A stretch of DNA of 62,766 nt, the filler included, from Basidiobolus ranarum (taxonomy: Eukaryota): the NCBI GenBank assembly GCA_040143965.1. It is 33 parts of 33 records of this genome, joined end to end, with 100 filler letters (N's around TTAATTAATTAA, not from the genome) between each part and the next. Parts side by side here need not be neighbours in the genome. Positions count along the whole stretch, not along the records: positions 24,838 to 26,642 come from JASJQH010004291.1; positions 26,743 to 28,547 come from JASJQH010004292.1; positions 28,648 to 30,452 come from JASJQH010004293.1; positions 30,553 to 32,356 come from JASJQH010004294.1; positions 32,457 to 34,259 come from JASJQH010004295.1; positions 34,360 to 36,162 come from JASJQH010004296.1; positions 36,263 to 38,065 come from JASJQH010004297.1; 26 more parts are not named here. One strand, written 5' to 3'. Position 1 is the stretch's first letter. Each line of letters starts with the position of its first letter. Positions 24,838 to 38,165 of the stretch are shown here, one piece after another. A program made the translations under genes and the position numbers. The notes below the pieces were generated by a model. It saw only the letters and a program-made list of their open reading frames with translations, had not been told where the DNA came from and made no database searches.

Positions 24838-26642
24838 CTCAGGGCTTTTGAGTGATGTATTTTCAGCCATGTTTGGCCAATTTTCATCATTTTTGATGGG
24901 ATTTTTGACTAGTTTCACACCTGGATCCATGGGAGTTGCTACTGGCTTACAATTCTCCATCCTGTAATGTCTGAGAATGTCTGAGATGTATTTAGATTGA
25001 TTCATAGTAATAGATTTACTCAATACATCTGTAAGGATCTGTGGGCCCCAAATATACATAAGTTCTCCTAAATTGTTCATCTTGAATTAGACTGATAGAT
25101 CTCCTTTGGTGTTCTGGAGAGCTTCATCATTATTGGTAGCTATAATCAGATCATCTACAAATAAGGCAAGTATCACCTTACTATCCTTATCTATCTTAAA
25201 GTAGATCTCAAAATCCACCGTACTCTTTTGGAAATTAAGTGATTCCAAGTATGTGTCAATCTTAGTGCACCAGACCCTGGGTGATTGTTAAGTCCATAAA
25301 GTAATTTTTGTAGCTTAAACAAGTCCTCAGGGTGCTCTAGATCCACAAAGCCATCTGATTGATCCATGAATATATCCTCTTCCAAGTCCCCATTCAAAAA
25401 AGAAGCTTCAACATCAATTTGGTGGTTTTTAAGCTGTGTATTGCTGCTACTGCTAGTATGGTTCAGATGGAATTAAACTTTGCTACAGGAGCAAATGTTT
25501 CATTGTAGGCCACTCCTTCCATTTGAGAGTATCCTTTAGCCACAAGTCTGGCTTTGTATCACTTTACAGATCCATCAGCTAGCTGTTTAACTTTAAACAC
25601 TCTTTTGCATACAATTGATTTTTGGTCATCAGGTAACTTAACCATGATGAAGTTTATTGTCTTTATCATATTTGTTATCCCTATCTTTATACACCTAACT
25701 ATTTCATATATCATGTATAAGTTAGTTAACATTACATAGTCAAATACCACTTAGCTGAAAACTGGAACATACATTATATATATGTGAATACTGTGAGAAT
25801 AAGCAAATCTATATTGGAAATTTCAAACTCTTCCAAATTGCCCCAAAATTAGCTCATTTTACTCCCACACATGTTCTGAACACAATCCCAGTGTTAGTTT
25901 TCTCTATTTCCATCAATATGTATAAATACATTATTTCTGGAGAATAAATAATTATCTTACCAAGCTATTGACAACTCCACTTTTCCAAAGTTCCTCTCTA
26001 GAAGTAAGCACATTGAGATTCAACATCACTTTGTTAGGGAAGCTATTGAGAATAAGCACATCCAACCACAGTACTGTCCAACTGAGGACATGCTTGGTGA
26101 CATCCTTACCAAACCATTACCCAAGCCAAAATTTGAAGAATTGAGAATTAAGTAAGGATTAAGATATATGAATATTTAGTTGAGTGGGAGTGTTGAAGTT
26201 TATTGTCTTTATCATATTTGTTATCCCTATTTTTACACACTTAACTACTTCATATATCACATATAGGTTAGTTAACATTATATTGCTTCAGTAAAGTTAA
26301 AGACTTTTTATCCACTTTTCTCTTGGACAAACAGTTTCCTTAACCACATAGCCTCCTTTGTTGTATGTGATGCGGCCATGTATTCTGCTTCAGTTGTTGA
26401 AAATGCTACGGTGGGTTGTTTCTTGCTATTCCAAGATATGGCTGCTTCACTATAGAGAAAGGTATATCCAGTAATAGATCTTCTGTCCTCAATATCATGT
26501 CCCCAATCTGCATCACTAAACCCAATTAGATCCTTATTCTCATAAGAATATGTGTATCTTAATCCCAGATCAATTGTCCCCTTCAAATATCTGAAAATCC
26601 ACTTAACTGCTGCATAATGCTCAGATCCTGGGTTTTGCACAT
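24838..26642. mobile_element. Nested copia RT (-), LTR C copies (25645-26000, 26191-26280) and RNase H pieces on both strands
   Basis: NGDLEEDIFMDQ and FSDADWG..EDRRSITGY motifs; PPT TTGAGTGGGAG precedes the LTR at 26191. Confidence 0.85.
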
Positions 26643-26853
26643 NNNNNNNNNNNNNNNNNNNNNNNNNNNNNNNNNNNNNNNNNNNNTTAATTAATTAANN
26701 NNNNNNNNNNNNNNNNNNNNNNNNNNNNNNNNNNNNNNNNNNACTGACACCAGATTGCCGAGAAGGGATGGCACAGTAGATATGATGTCATAATCTAATA
26801 ATAGAAGAGTTCCATATGCAGTGGATCAGTATGCCGAGATCAGAATCATGACA

Positions 26854-27800
26854 ATATTCTCCACCATTATCCATATATATGTTCTTGATTTTAGTTCCAG
26901 TATTCACAAGTGTTTTGAGGTCTCTAAAGATAGAGATAGCTTCTTCTTTTCTATCCATAGAGTAGACCCAAGTGTATCTGGTATAATCATCTATTAATAT
27001 GATTAAATATCTTTTTCTGCCTAAAGATATATTTTGCATAAGTCCACACAAATCTGAATGAGTTAAATTCCAATTTTTGGCAGATTTGATTACACCAGAG
27101 CTCTTCAACAGTTGCCTGCCTTGTTTTCCAATATACAACCCTCACAAATTCCTATTTTAGTTGGGAGTTATTTTGATTTCCAGAAATTAGGCAATATCTG
27201 ATTGTTTTGTTCCAATAATCAAATCCAATATGGCCAAGTCTCTATGCTATAATTGAAAAGTTTCTTGATTGAAATAACTTATATTTATGTTGAAATTTAT
27301 TGTCTTTATCATATTTGTTATCTATATCTTGATACACCTAACTATTTCCTATATCACATATAAGCTATTTAAGACTACTTAGTGAAACAACACTTAACTG
27401 CAAATCAGAACACATATTATATATAAACATGAATGATGTGAGAATTAGCTATACCTTATTGGAAATTTCAAGCTCATTCAAATTGCCCCAATTATAACTC
27501 AGTTTACTCCCACAGATGTTCTGAACCCAACCCCAGTGTTAGTTTTCTGTATTTCCACCACAATATATAAATGTTTCATTTCTGGCCAATAAACATTTAT
27601 CTCACCAAACTATTCACCACTGCACTTTTCTGAAGTTCCTCCAAGCAGCACACAGTTTGCTAATAACTTACACATAAGTCTCTTGGATTATATGTTAGTT
27701 TGTATAAGTTGTGATTTATTTCTCACAAAGTTAAATGATTCCTATTTTGATCATTGATGGTGCATCCAGATGTATCAAATTTGATTTTTAGCCCTTCTGA
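26854..27800 (-). mobile_element. Copia integrase remnant interrupted by solo LTR C (27288-27665)
   Basis: HSDLCG, IDDYTRYTWVY and DNGGEY motifs. The LTR is flanked by a 5-bp TSD (ATTTA/ACTTA). Confidence 0.85.
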
Positions 27801-27804
27801 GGTG

Positions 27805-28395
27805 TAGCTAGTACTTAGTTATCCTACATTTCACTAAGATATTCCTCATTTTTCTCATAAGGAATTCACTTTGAAGTTCTCAGATATATAGATTTTGATA
27901 ACTTGTGATAGAAGCACCATGCTTAATGCACATGTTCCTAAGACCTTCCTTAACACATTCTACACATTAATTTGTTTACATCTTGGCCAGACTATAAATG
28001 TCAAATTTCTACTCAATAAAGCAATCAGTGTAAACCATCAATTTCTCTAATTCTCCACACCACTTCCAACAGGCTCCAAAATACTTTAATAAGTTATGAG
28101 CCCCAGGATTGCACTCTCTGCAATGTTTACTTCCCAAATTTATGGAACTTTTCCCACTTCTGAAAAATTGCATGGAACCAATTATCAAGTTTGGAAAATT
28201 AAAATGAAAATGCTACTGCAAGAAAAAGGTCTGGAATACAGTTGTAGGAGAAGAAAACAATGCAAAACTAACTGAAACCAAAGTTTTACTCCAGGTTAAA
28301 AAAGAACAAAGTACCTTTAGCACAATTTCTCTCAATTTTGAAGACAATTTTTGATTCAATGTTCAAGAGCTAAGAGTGCCAAGAAGGTATGGAAT
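27805..28395 (+). mobile_element. Copia family B 5' end: partial LTR, PBS (28092-28104) and gag start
   Basis: The LTR end is followed by AGTTATGAGCCCC and gag EKLHGTNYQVWKIKMKMLLQEKGL. Confidence 0.85.
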
Positions 28396-28759
28396 ATTGG
28401 GAAAATATGGGCTGTTTGAAGGAACTTTAGAAAAGCGGAGTTGTGAATAGCTTTGTGAGATAATTGTTTATTGTCCAGAAATAAAGCATTTATACTTTTT
28501 GGTGGATATACAGAAAACTAACACTGGGGTTGTGTTCAGAACATCTGNNNNNNNNNNNNNNNNNNNNNNNNNNNNNNNNNNNNNNNNNNNNTTAATTAAT
28601 TAANNNNNNNNNNNNNNNNNNNNNNNNNNNNNNNNNNNNNNNNNNNNTCAGTTGGATTCAAGTAAAGGGATTCTGTCCGGAAAGCTCCTACTAATAGCAA
28701 TTTGACGAATTTCATCAATTTGTGGTCCTAAACCCTCGATAACGTTGCCCGCCTCAATT

Positions 28760-30452
28760 TCCTTGTTGCATCTTTCACAATGCTTTGAGATTATAGGCCC
28801 TTGCTACACATTTGGGGAGTTCCCAATGGAGTGCACATGTGGTGAAATGATGCTTTGTGTGAAATTGTCAGTATTACCATATGCTGATCTGATTAACAAT
28901 GTATCAGCAAAATCAGTGATGGATGTAATGCAATGGGTTAAGGAGACTCCAGAGTATATTAACCTTCCAACAAAGGGCTCTTTTCAATGTATTAATGGCT
29001 TTTTGCATTGTTTGAGCACAATAACAGCAACAAAACCCAAAGTATTGATCTCTAGATGTGAGACACCTTAACCAAAATTTGAGAACTGTTATTGCTAGAA
29101 AACCATCACAGTTTTGATCCATTTTGAATTGATCATTTACTAATCATCATAAAATCATCAAGTTAGATTTGATTTTGATCAATTTTTTCAGTTTCAGCAG
29201 TGAAACCTCAAGATCTTGCAAAACAGTTGCACACGATTGGCTACAATCTCAGAAAACCATGGAGCAACACATATATGAGAGATATAACTCAAATTTTATG
29301 CAATTACTACTTGAATGCTAATTTTTCACCTTCAAAATACCTAGTTTCTTTGATACATTCTCCTGAATAACTTTATAGAGTTCATCATAAGCAAAGTTTA
29401 GCTCAAATCCAGTACAAGTATATAACAATATCTCCATCAAAGGCTATCATTGTATTCGTGTTCTGAATCAACATTCTTCCAGCTATCTTTCAGATGCCCT
29501 GCAATATTGTGCCACCCTGTATTAAGCTCTTCCCAGATATCTGCATGGTCAAGAACAGACTGAATGTCAAGCTGAATGTTCTTCTTCTGAAGCCACTTTC
29601 TACATACTTGCACTGCATCTTTTGCTTCATATCTTTAACAATACTCTTCAAGCACTTTGACTATTTTATACATCCTTGTAGTGTGACACTACTTAGTGTA
29701 CTTTGGGGTGTTTGGGTGGCTATTTGCTTGCCATAAAGTTTGGGGCTATTTTTTGTTAAAGTGTTTGGGAGCCTGTTGGAAGTGGTTTGGAGAATTAGAG
29801 AAATTGGTGATTTCCACATGTTGAGTTATTGAGTAAGAGTTGACATTTATAGTTTTGTCAAGTTATAAACAAACTAATGCCTAGAATGTGCCAAGGAAGG
29901 TCCCAGGAACATGTGTGCAAAATTTAGGGCTTCCAGCACTAGTTTAAAAATCTATATATCTGAGAACTTCTAACTTGGTAAGAAATTTTAAGTTCCAATT
30001 GAGAATAATGGATGATATCTTTGTGAAATATAGGATAACTAAGTATTAAGCTATATATGACTACATAGGTGTTTAGGCAATGTGAATTTCACCACCCTCC
30101 CACAACTAAATAGTCACATAAACTAATCCTAAGGAAGGTCTAAATTTCTCAAATTTCTGTCTAGCTAATGGTTTAATAAATATATCAGTAATTATCTTCT
30201 ATAGAACAATAAGTTAAGTCAATAAACTCATTCTCTATAGTCTCTCTAATGAAGTGATGTATAGTACATATATGTTTTCTGTTGGAGGATCTTGACATAA
30301 TGGGGTAGACTTTGAGTATTAGAAGCAACTTATGATAGTGCGTTTTAGTTAGTTTATTCTTAAGAGTATATGGTGACTTATATAGTAGAAAAGTAAATCA
30401 ATTGTTTGAGATATTCAGGAGTTTGTGTAATAAGATATAATAGATAAGTGGG
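28760..30452. mobile_element. CACTA remnants on both strands, LTR B (rc, about 29754-30092) and partial LTR D (30280-30452)
   Basis: Homology to other copies in the window. Confidence 0.75.
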
Positions 30453-30663
30453 NNNNNNNNNNNNNNNNNNNNNNNNNNNNNNNNNNNNNNNNNNNNTTAA
30501 TTAATTAANNNNNNNNNNNNNNNNNNNNNNNNNNNNNNNNNNNNNNNNNNNNGCGGCACAATTTGGCACTATCCATCACCCTCTGGCATGATCAATTTCA
30601 ATCACATTTACTTTAATATATTGATCCAAGGTCCAATAAATCCTGGCACAATGGAACAAGTCC

Positions 30664-31500
30664 TATATTTGGGTGATTTCATCAAAACTTTAAGACGGGG
30701 AATCAACGGTATGTAAGCCAAATATGAACAATATTTACCTGATTCAGTGATTGCCAATTGTGTGCAAACAGTACATGACTTCAGGTTTTTCAGATCACCA
30801 GTGAAAGCCAAACAACCATTTGGACATGAAGGCAGCTTAATTACTGAAGGATTATAAGTCATACAATTAACGAGTGTTTTCCACTTGTACCAGGTCTGTG
30901 GCAAGCGACAGTTGCCAATCAACAGTGGTAAAAGAGTAAGAAAATCAATAAACACCTGGTTGCTAAGACTGGATTGAACTTGCCACTCCTCAATAATCAA
31001 AGTTGCTTTCTTTACTGTGAGTGTTATGAGTGGACTAATGTTTGCTGATAACAAAGAGTCCGTAACAAAACCGTTGTCTTCTTCTTCAACTTCTGATATA
31101 CTACCATCAGTACTGGAGTAACCAAGGTCAACATCTAGCAGCAAGTCCTCAAAGTTGTCTGGACTTACTGGTTCAACTAAAGTTGCATTTTGACCTACAT
31201 CATTCTGGTCCTATAACTGTGGTAACTCCACGGTATGTTGACCTTTGGCAGTGTAACCAAAACTTTGAGGCAAGCTACATTCAGTGGACCCTATAGGCAA
31301 AACTAAAGTCAATTTAGTGCACTTATTGCTGTTGTTATACACCAGGCTTTGTGCAGATGGTGACTTTGTACAGTGACCATGCTGTGATTATTTTTTCTAT
31401 GAAGCCTCTGGCTTTCATAGCACAAGAATTTGCAACAATGATAGCAGGGCTTCTTTAAACATTTGTGTTGCAGCATGAGAAGGATATTATAGAAAAAAGA
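30664..31500 (-). mobile_element. CACTA-like transposase N-terminal region
   Basis: CPNGCLAFTG....LKSCTVC...YIPLIPRLK is typical of the Transposase_21 N-terminus. Confidence 0.8.
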
Positions 31501-31688
31501 ACACCTCCCACACAAGGGTGGTATTTTAGGTATAGCCCCTCAATATCATCAGCTGATTCTGAGATGGTGTCACATATGAGTAATCAGGGTATTTACAAGA
31601 TATTTCCGGTAATGGATGGCAATTTTGGCTTATTATAAGCTGTTTCTAAGCATTTTCATTATATCAAATTTACCATCTGAAAATCTCA

Positions 31689-32279
31689 ATGCCATTCAAA
31701 AAGCGTTCAAAATCTAAGTCAAAATTGGCTTCCAAGCCAAAGCCTGCTGGCACAAAAGGAAAAAAACCAGCAAGAACAGAGGACTTAATTGATGAGCAGT
31801 CTAGCAATCCACTATCCACTTTGGAAGGCATTAACATGCCAGAAACTAACTCAAGTAATGATGAAGCATTAATCAATTTACCAGATGTGTTCCTTTCCAG
31901 CAATAGTGCAAGTGAAGAGATTGTAATCCCCCAATTACATAGTAAATCAATAGTTGAGCAAAGTTCAACCAAAACACCATCAAGACCATCAACTTCCAAA
32001 ATGGCTACTTTGCCCACTATTGAACAACCCTCCATAGAAAATTTGGATAGAATTATTACAATAAGGGAATTGCAGGCAGAACACCATAATGATTTGTATG
32101 CAATCATAAGTAAAAACTATGAAGTTGCTATACAGGCCATGACAAGCAATAATGCCACAATATTGCAATTAATGCAGCATTTGGAAGCAACTAGTCAACA
32201 GTTAGAGAGTCACTCAACAATGATACAAGACCTTCAGAATGCTATCTATTTATGGAAGTTCCGAATTGCTTATGTATGA
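31689..32279 (+). CDS. Repetitive ORF of unknown function (basic N-terminus, coiled-coil-like end), probably TE-borne
   Basis: 196-aa ORF with decayed homologues at about 34445-35140 (-) and 18040-18390 (+). Divergent from the transposase on the same contig. Confidence 0.5.
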   Translation: MPFKKRSKSKSKLASKPKPAGTKGKKPARTEDLIDEQSSNPLSTLEGINMPETNSSNDEALINLPDVFLSSNSASEEIVIPQLHSKSIVEQSSTKTPSRPSTSKMATLPTIEQPSIENLDRIITIRELQAEHHNDLYAIISKNYEVAIQAMTSNNATILQLMQHLEATSQQLESHSTMIQDLQNAIYLWKFRIAYV

Positions 32280-32456
32280 TGTAGACAAAGTAATTGTCGG
32301 CATGGACTTAGAGGCAAGTTACTCCATTAGAAATATCAGTAGCCCGTCATCTAAGCNNNNNNNNNNNNNNNNNNNNNNNNNNNNNNNNNNNNNNNNNNNN
32401 TTAATTAATTAANNNNNNNNNNNNNNNNNNNNNNNNNNNNNNNNNNNNNNNNNNNN

Positions 32457-32945
32457 CAAAGTCCTTTTTCTTGCAGTAGCATTTTCATTTATATTTCAAA
32501 ACTTGATAATTGGTTCCATTTGATTTTTCAGATGAGGGAAAAGTTCCATAGATTTGAGAAGTAGACATTACAGAGAGTGCAAGCTTGGGGCTCATAACCT
32601 GTTAAAGTATTTGGGAGCCTGTTGGAAGTGGTTTAGAGAATAAAGGGAATTGGTGGTTTTCACTTATTGATTTATAAGTTAAAAGTTGACATGTATAGTT
32701 TTGTCAAGACATAAACAAACTAAGATGTAGAATGTGTTAAGGAAGGTCCCAGGAATATATGTGCAAAGTTTGGGGCTTCAGACACAAGTTTGAAATATCC
32801 ATATATCTGAGAACTTCAAAGTAAGTAAAATATTCTAAGTAAATTCCAATCAAGAATAATTGATAATATCTTAGTGAAATATAAGATAACTGAGTACTAA
32901 GTTATATATGACTACATAGGTGTTAAGGCAATGCCAATTTCAACA
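32457..32945 (-). mobile_element. Copia family B 5' end: complete LTR (32600-32945), PBS (32587-32599) and gag start
   Basis: TGTTGAAATT...TTTAACA followed directly by GGTTATGAGCCCC. Confidence 0.9.
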
Positions 32946-34259
32946 ACATCCAATTACAAAATCTTTACACAGTTGCTGTATCTGCCTGAGATCTGCCAAT
33001 TTGAGTTGATGCCTTAAGAATTTATTAACAATATCAACAAACAACTCCCAATGTTGCCAATGCTTATCAGGCAGAAATCTTTTCAAGATGCCACTTAAAT
33101 ATATACAAATCCAATACTTCCAGTCTTTGCATTTGAATAAATGCCTAGGTGAGTGGATAATGATGGGAGTCTTGGTAAAATATGATGATATCTTGATGTT
33201 TTCAAGCATTTTCCTATTGAATTCAAACTTTGATCCTATATCAATTGGCTCATTCATATTGAATTTTCTACTATATAGATGAGTAAGTAGTATTGAAATG
33301 TTGTTGAATAGTGAGTGGATAGTGCCTAATGGGAAGCACTGGCTCCAGCTGATCCTCTTTAGCAACATAGTCTTAGGCTTACAGCTAATACCAAGTTTGA
33401 TGTTAGACTGACTATTTGGTGAATTAATACCAGTGATGATGTTGAAATCTGACCAGGCTGTTGATGGTAAAATCATGGAGTTTAGTGTTGTATTTGGATA
33501 TTAGTAAAACATATGCTTGATAGAGTAAACCCCATTGATTTGATAAAATCTACAACAAGATAGTGCATTGTGGCTACAAAAACCTCCAAGCTAACTGATG
33601 GCAGGAGTGGCACCAGTACATACAATGATATTAGCTTTAATAAAATATTCACCCATCAGAACCCCATTAGATAACTATTAAAATTCCACAATCAGAGGCT
33701 CTAAGAAGCTATCTATATGCACTGGTGATTTGGGTCCAGATTTGATAGATAGCATCTAAATATTATGACACTTATACCATTCAGAAGGAGGAAGATTTAA
33801 GTTGATTCAAATTATTAGCCAGGAAGCCTTTCCAACAGTATATTTGTTTAGTGAGAAACCATCCCAAGCCAATGCAAATGCATGATCATACATACTTTCA
33901 AAGAAACCCTGACTTTTCAGATTCTGGTAGTTATATACATCAAGTATATTAGTAATATAATCAGCTTTATAGTGAGTACATTGATATTGGATCAATGATC
34001 AATATTTGGGTGATTTCATTAAAACTTTGAGACAAGAAATTAATGGTATGTAAGCCAAATATGAACAGTATTTACCTGATTCAGTGATTGTCAATTGTGT
34101 GCAAACAGTATATGACTTCAGGTTTTTCAGATCATTGGTGAAAGCCAAACAACATTTGGACATGCAGGAAGTTTAATTACCAAAGGATTACAAGTCATAC
34201 AATTGACTAGTGTTTTCCACTTGTACCAGGTCGGTGGCAAGCAACAGTTGCCAATCAAC
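32946..34259 (-). mobile_element. CACTA-like transposase pseudogene (host of the copia B insertion)
   Basis: FALAWDGF and HLFKCKDWKYWICIY motifs. Confidence 0.85.
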
Positions 34260-36262
34260 NNNNNNNNNNNNNNNNNNNNNNNNNNNNNNNNNNNNNNNNN
34301 NNNTTAATTAATTAANNNNNNNNNNNNNNNNNNNNNNNNNNNNNNNNNNNNNNNNNNNNTATCATTTTAGCAAGATCTTACTGCCATGTCACTGAACGTG
34401 TGTAGGTTTGCCAGTTCTCCTATCCGATATCAACTTTCAGGAGCTCAAGCAGTTTTGGGGCATTGTATAGCCTTAATGGTTTGACATATTTTCTGCTCTG
34501 CTAGATTGTGATGGTGACTTTCATATGTATGGTATGGGATTGATTGAATTCCTGTATGAGAATGAACAAAGGGAGCAGTATGTTGCTGTAGCTCCATTAT
34601 AGCATTCTGAAAGTCTTGTATCATTGTTGAGTGACTCTCTAGGTATTGACCAGCTGCTTCAGCATGCTGCATTAATTGCAATATTGTGGCATTATTGCTT
34701 GTCATGGTTTGTGTAGCAACTTGGTAGTTTTTACATATGATCCATAAGAATCATTATGGTGTTTGGCCTGCAATTCCCTGGTTGTAATAACTCTATCCAA
34801 GTTTTCTATGGAGGGTTGTTCAATAGTTGGCAAAGTTGCCATTTTGGAAGTTGATGGTTTGTGATAGTGTTTCTTTTGAATTTTGCCCAACTATTGATTC
34901 CCTATGTATTTGGGGGATTACAATCTCTTCACTTAAATTATTGTTGCAAACAAACACATCTGATAAATTGATAAATGCTTCATCATTACTTGAGTCAGTT
35001 CCCTGCATGTTAATGCCATCAATAGTCAATAGTGAAGTGCTAGACTGCTCAGCAATTAAGTTCTTTGTTCTTGCTGGTTTTTGCATTTTGTGGCAGCAGG
35101 ATTTTGCTTGGAAGCCAATTTTGATTTAGATTTTGAATGCTCTAATGTGAAATAGGGGTGATAACTTAAATATTCAATAATAAAGCTTGATCCCACTGCA
35201 AATATCCAGCAAAGCTTAATTTTTTATACTGGAAGCTTAAAAATATTAATAGGAAATAGATTCATCAATCTGTCTTTAAAGCATAAAGATGCATTATAGT
35301 ATGTCAATAGCTTGAAGACTTTCTGAGAAAAGATCATCTCCAATCATAGAGCTATTACAAATGTTTAATACAACAAGTATGTATGAAATACTAGTGGTTT
35401 TTTTAACTTGTAGTCTGAAGAAAAAAATATAGCTCTATATGATTGGCAAAGACTTTGATTAAGGGTGAAGCTTATTCTATGGCTGTAAAAGTGAAGTTAA
35501 CTATGAAAAATCTGAGGTGCAATTTGGAATATAAAAGCCTAAGCAAGCTGCAATAGGTATCTTTACTATCCTACTATGATGCAGAGTAGAAAATCTGGTT
35601 TAGACAAGGATAAAGAATATGATGTAGTTTTGAATGGTTCTAAGGCTAGAAGCTTTTAACTTGGGAGAAGGATGGCTTATGTAAAGAAATTGCTTAGATT
35701 AAACACAATGATTTGCTGGCTGAGTAAAAATGCTCTCAGTGAGAGGCTTAGCATCAATATGCCAGTAATATCACTCATATAGCAGTTGTAACTTTGAAAC
35801 TTTGAAGACATTAGCATCTAGTACTGTTGCAGGTCTGTGAAGGACCTGAAGAGAATCTGTTGGCTGGTTCACAAGTTAGCACCAATTTTGATAGCATCTT
35901 GAGGTCATGAATTCCTGTGTTTTGAATATATGCTAGTTTATATTTTTGTAATGGCAATTTTGAAATGGATGTAGCTCCACCAATAATTAATAATATCTTA
36001 TGATTCCTGCATGGTTGCAAAGCTCTAACTGCAGTGCCTATGATTATAGTGGAAGTTACTGTAATCAGTTAAGTATTGATGTGACTAAAAGTAATTGAAT
36101 ATTCTTGATCTTTTTCTAGATCTGAAATAATATTTTAAGACAGCAATAGATAACATTCTCTCNNNNNNNNNNNNNNNNNNNNNNNNNNNNNNNNNNNNNN
36201 NNNNNNTTAATTAATTAANNNNNNNNNNNNNNNNNNNNNNNNNNNNNNNNNNNNNNNNNNNN

Positions 36263-37680
36263 AATGCTTAATTTCTGGTCAATAAATAATTATCTCACAA
36301 AGCTATTCACAACTCCACTTTTCTAAAGTTCCTCCAAACAGCCCATATTTTCCCAATAGAAAATATACTTCAGCAATACTTAATTGCTTTCACAAAGTTT
36401 TTGGAAATAAGCAAGTAACTACTGCCCCCTGTTTCCTCAAAAAAATAGAGTTGCTGAAAGAGCTAACAGTACTATAATAGAAATGGCAAGATCTACAAGA
36501 AATGGTTGAAATTTATCTCATAACTTTTGGGTAGAATCTGATGCTATGGCTGTATATCTGAAGAATAAGAGTTTTGCTAGAAGTGTCTCCAGCTCTACAC
36601 AATATCAAGCTTGCTTTGGAGTTAAACATGATGTAAGACATTTCAGGATCTTTGAATGCATTGCTTATCTTAAAATTAAAACCAAAAAATCATATAAATT
36701 TGATGCAAAAAATAGGAAATGCATATCTCTAGGTTAAAGTACTCAAACTAAGGTCCATAGAATCTATAATACCAAAATTTCAAAGATAATTAAGTCAATG
36801 GATTTTTTGTTTAATGAAAATGAAGAATATTGACCTAAAATGTCCTCACATCAAAATGAAATTCAATTTTATCCTCATCCAATCATTCAGATAGCTTCAA
36901 ACCAAAACAACAAAAAAAATAGCACTCCTATGGACTCTTCAACCAGAATTCAGCCTACTGAAGTGCCTAATACCATGCCAGAAGTTGTGGTACCATTATC
37001 CAAGCTAGGTTATCAAATTGGATCAGAAATAGCCCCAATTAGTATATTATTAGGTCCAAATATTGGGCCCATGCCTGCACAGATCAAGTGAGCAAGCCCA
37101 AGACTTTTGAACAGGCCCTGAATGGCCCTCACATGAGATTTTGAAGATCTGCAATGGCTGATGACTCCAAGTGTTGATAGAATATCAAACTTAGATTTTA
37201 ATGAACTTACTTGATGATTGAAAATCCATTGGCTGCTAATGAGTATTTAAAGTTTAATACAACTCTGATGGCAATACAGAAAGGTACAAGGCTAGAATAA
37301 CTGCCAAAGACTATTCCTAAACACCAGGATCAGATTATATGGATACTTTTGCCACTGTAGAAAAATATAACTCAATAGATTGTTTTCAGCAATTTCAGCT
37401 AAATATCAGTTGATTTTACATCAGATGGCTGTTGAAACTGCTTTTTAGAGTTGTGGGCTAGCTGCAGAGATTAATATGGACAAGCCCAATGAGTTTGTGG
37501 ACCCAACAAACCCTGAAAAAGTTTGCAGACTCAAGAAAGCAGTCTATGGCTCAAAACAATCTCCAAGAGATTGGAATACCAAGACAGATGCTTATCTGGA
37601 AATAATCAAATTCCAAAAGAGTAATGCTAACTGTAGTATCTACTTCAGGCCAGATAAGACAAATCCAGCTTTACTAGCCT
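36263..37680 (+). mobile_element. LTR C 3' part plus heavily decayed copia integrase-RT
   Basis: VCRLKKAVYGSKQSPRDW (RT) and KFDAK.RKCISLG (integrase). Confidence 0.85.
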
Positions 37681-38165
37681 AATACACTGTAGTTGTTTTA
37701 GGGTGTAAGCAGCAACTATAACTGCAATATCCTAAGGGTTTTGTGAGGTGTCCAAAGGGTGCAATAACCACGGTTGAATAACTCTGGGATGTACTGTAAT
37801 ATGGGTCTGTCTCTTGCCTCTTGGGTCTTTGTGAAAGGGAATCAAGCCTCTAGAAATGTCTAAGGACTGATAAACCACAATGCAATGTCCAGCTTTCTGT
37901 TGAATAATATGCTGGCACCTGACAAAAGAATATACTGGCTTCAGCGTCCTTTGAGAATGATCAGATAAAAAGGGTATATCCAATCAAAAACAACTGTAAA
38001 CTCAGCCAGCAGGGTCTTGAACGAGGATGCACTAGTAGTGATTTATCCAAGGATATGAAAAAGTTNNNNNNNNNNNNNNNNNNNNNNNNNNNNNNNNNNN
38101 NNNNNNNNNTTAATTAATTAANNNNNNNNNNNNNNNNNNNNNNNNNNNNNNNNNNNNNNNNNNNN

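Noticed and set aside
35140-36162. CpG-poor decayed coding-like sequence, possibly a non-LTR element
   Set aside because: No diagnostic RT, endonuclease or RNase H motif could be read with confidence.
37685-38065. CACTG-starting segment as a CACTA terminus, with a minus-strand ORF
   Set aside because: Single occurrence with no matching opposite TIR or TSD in the window.
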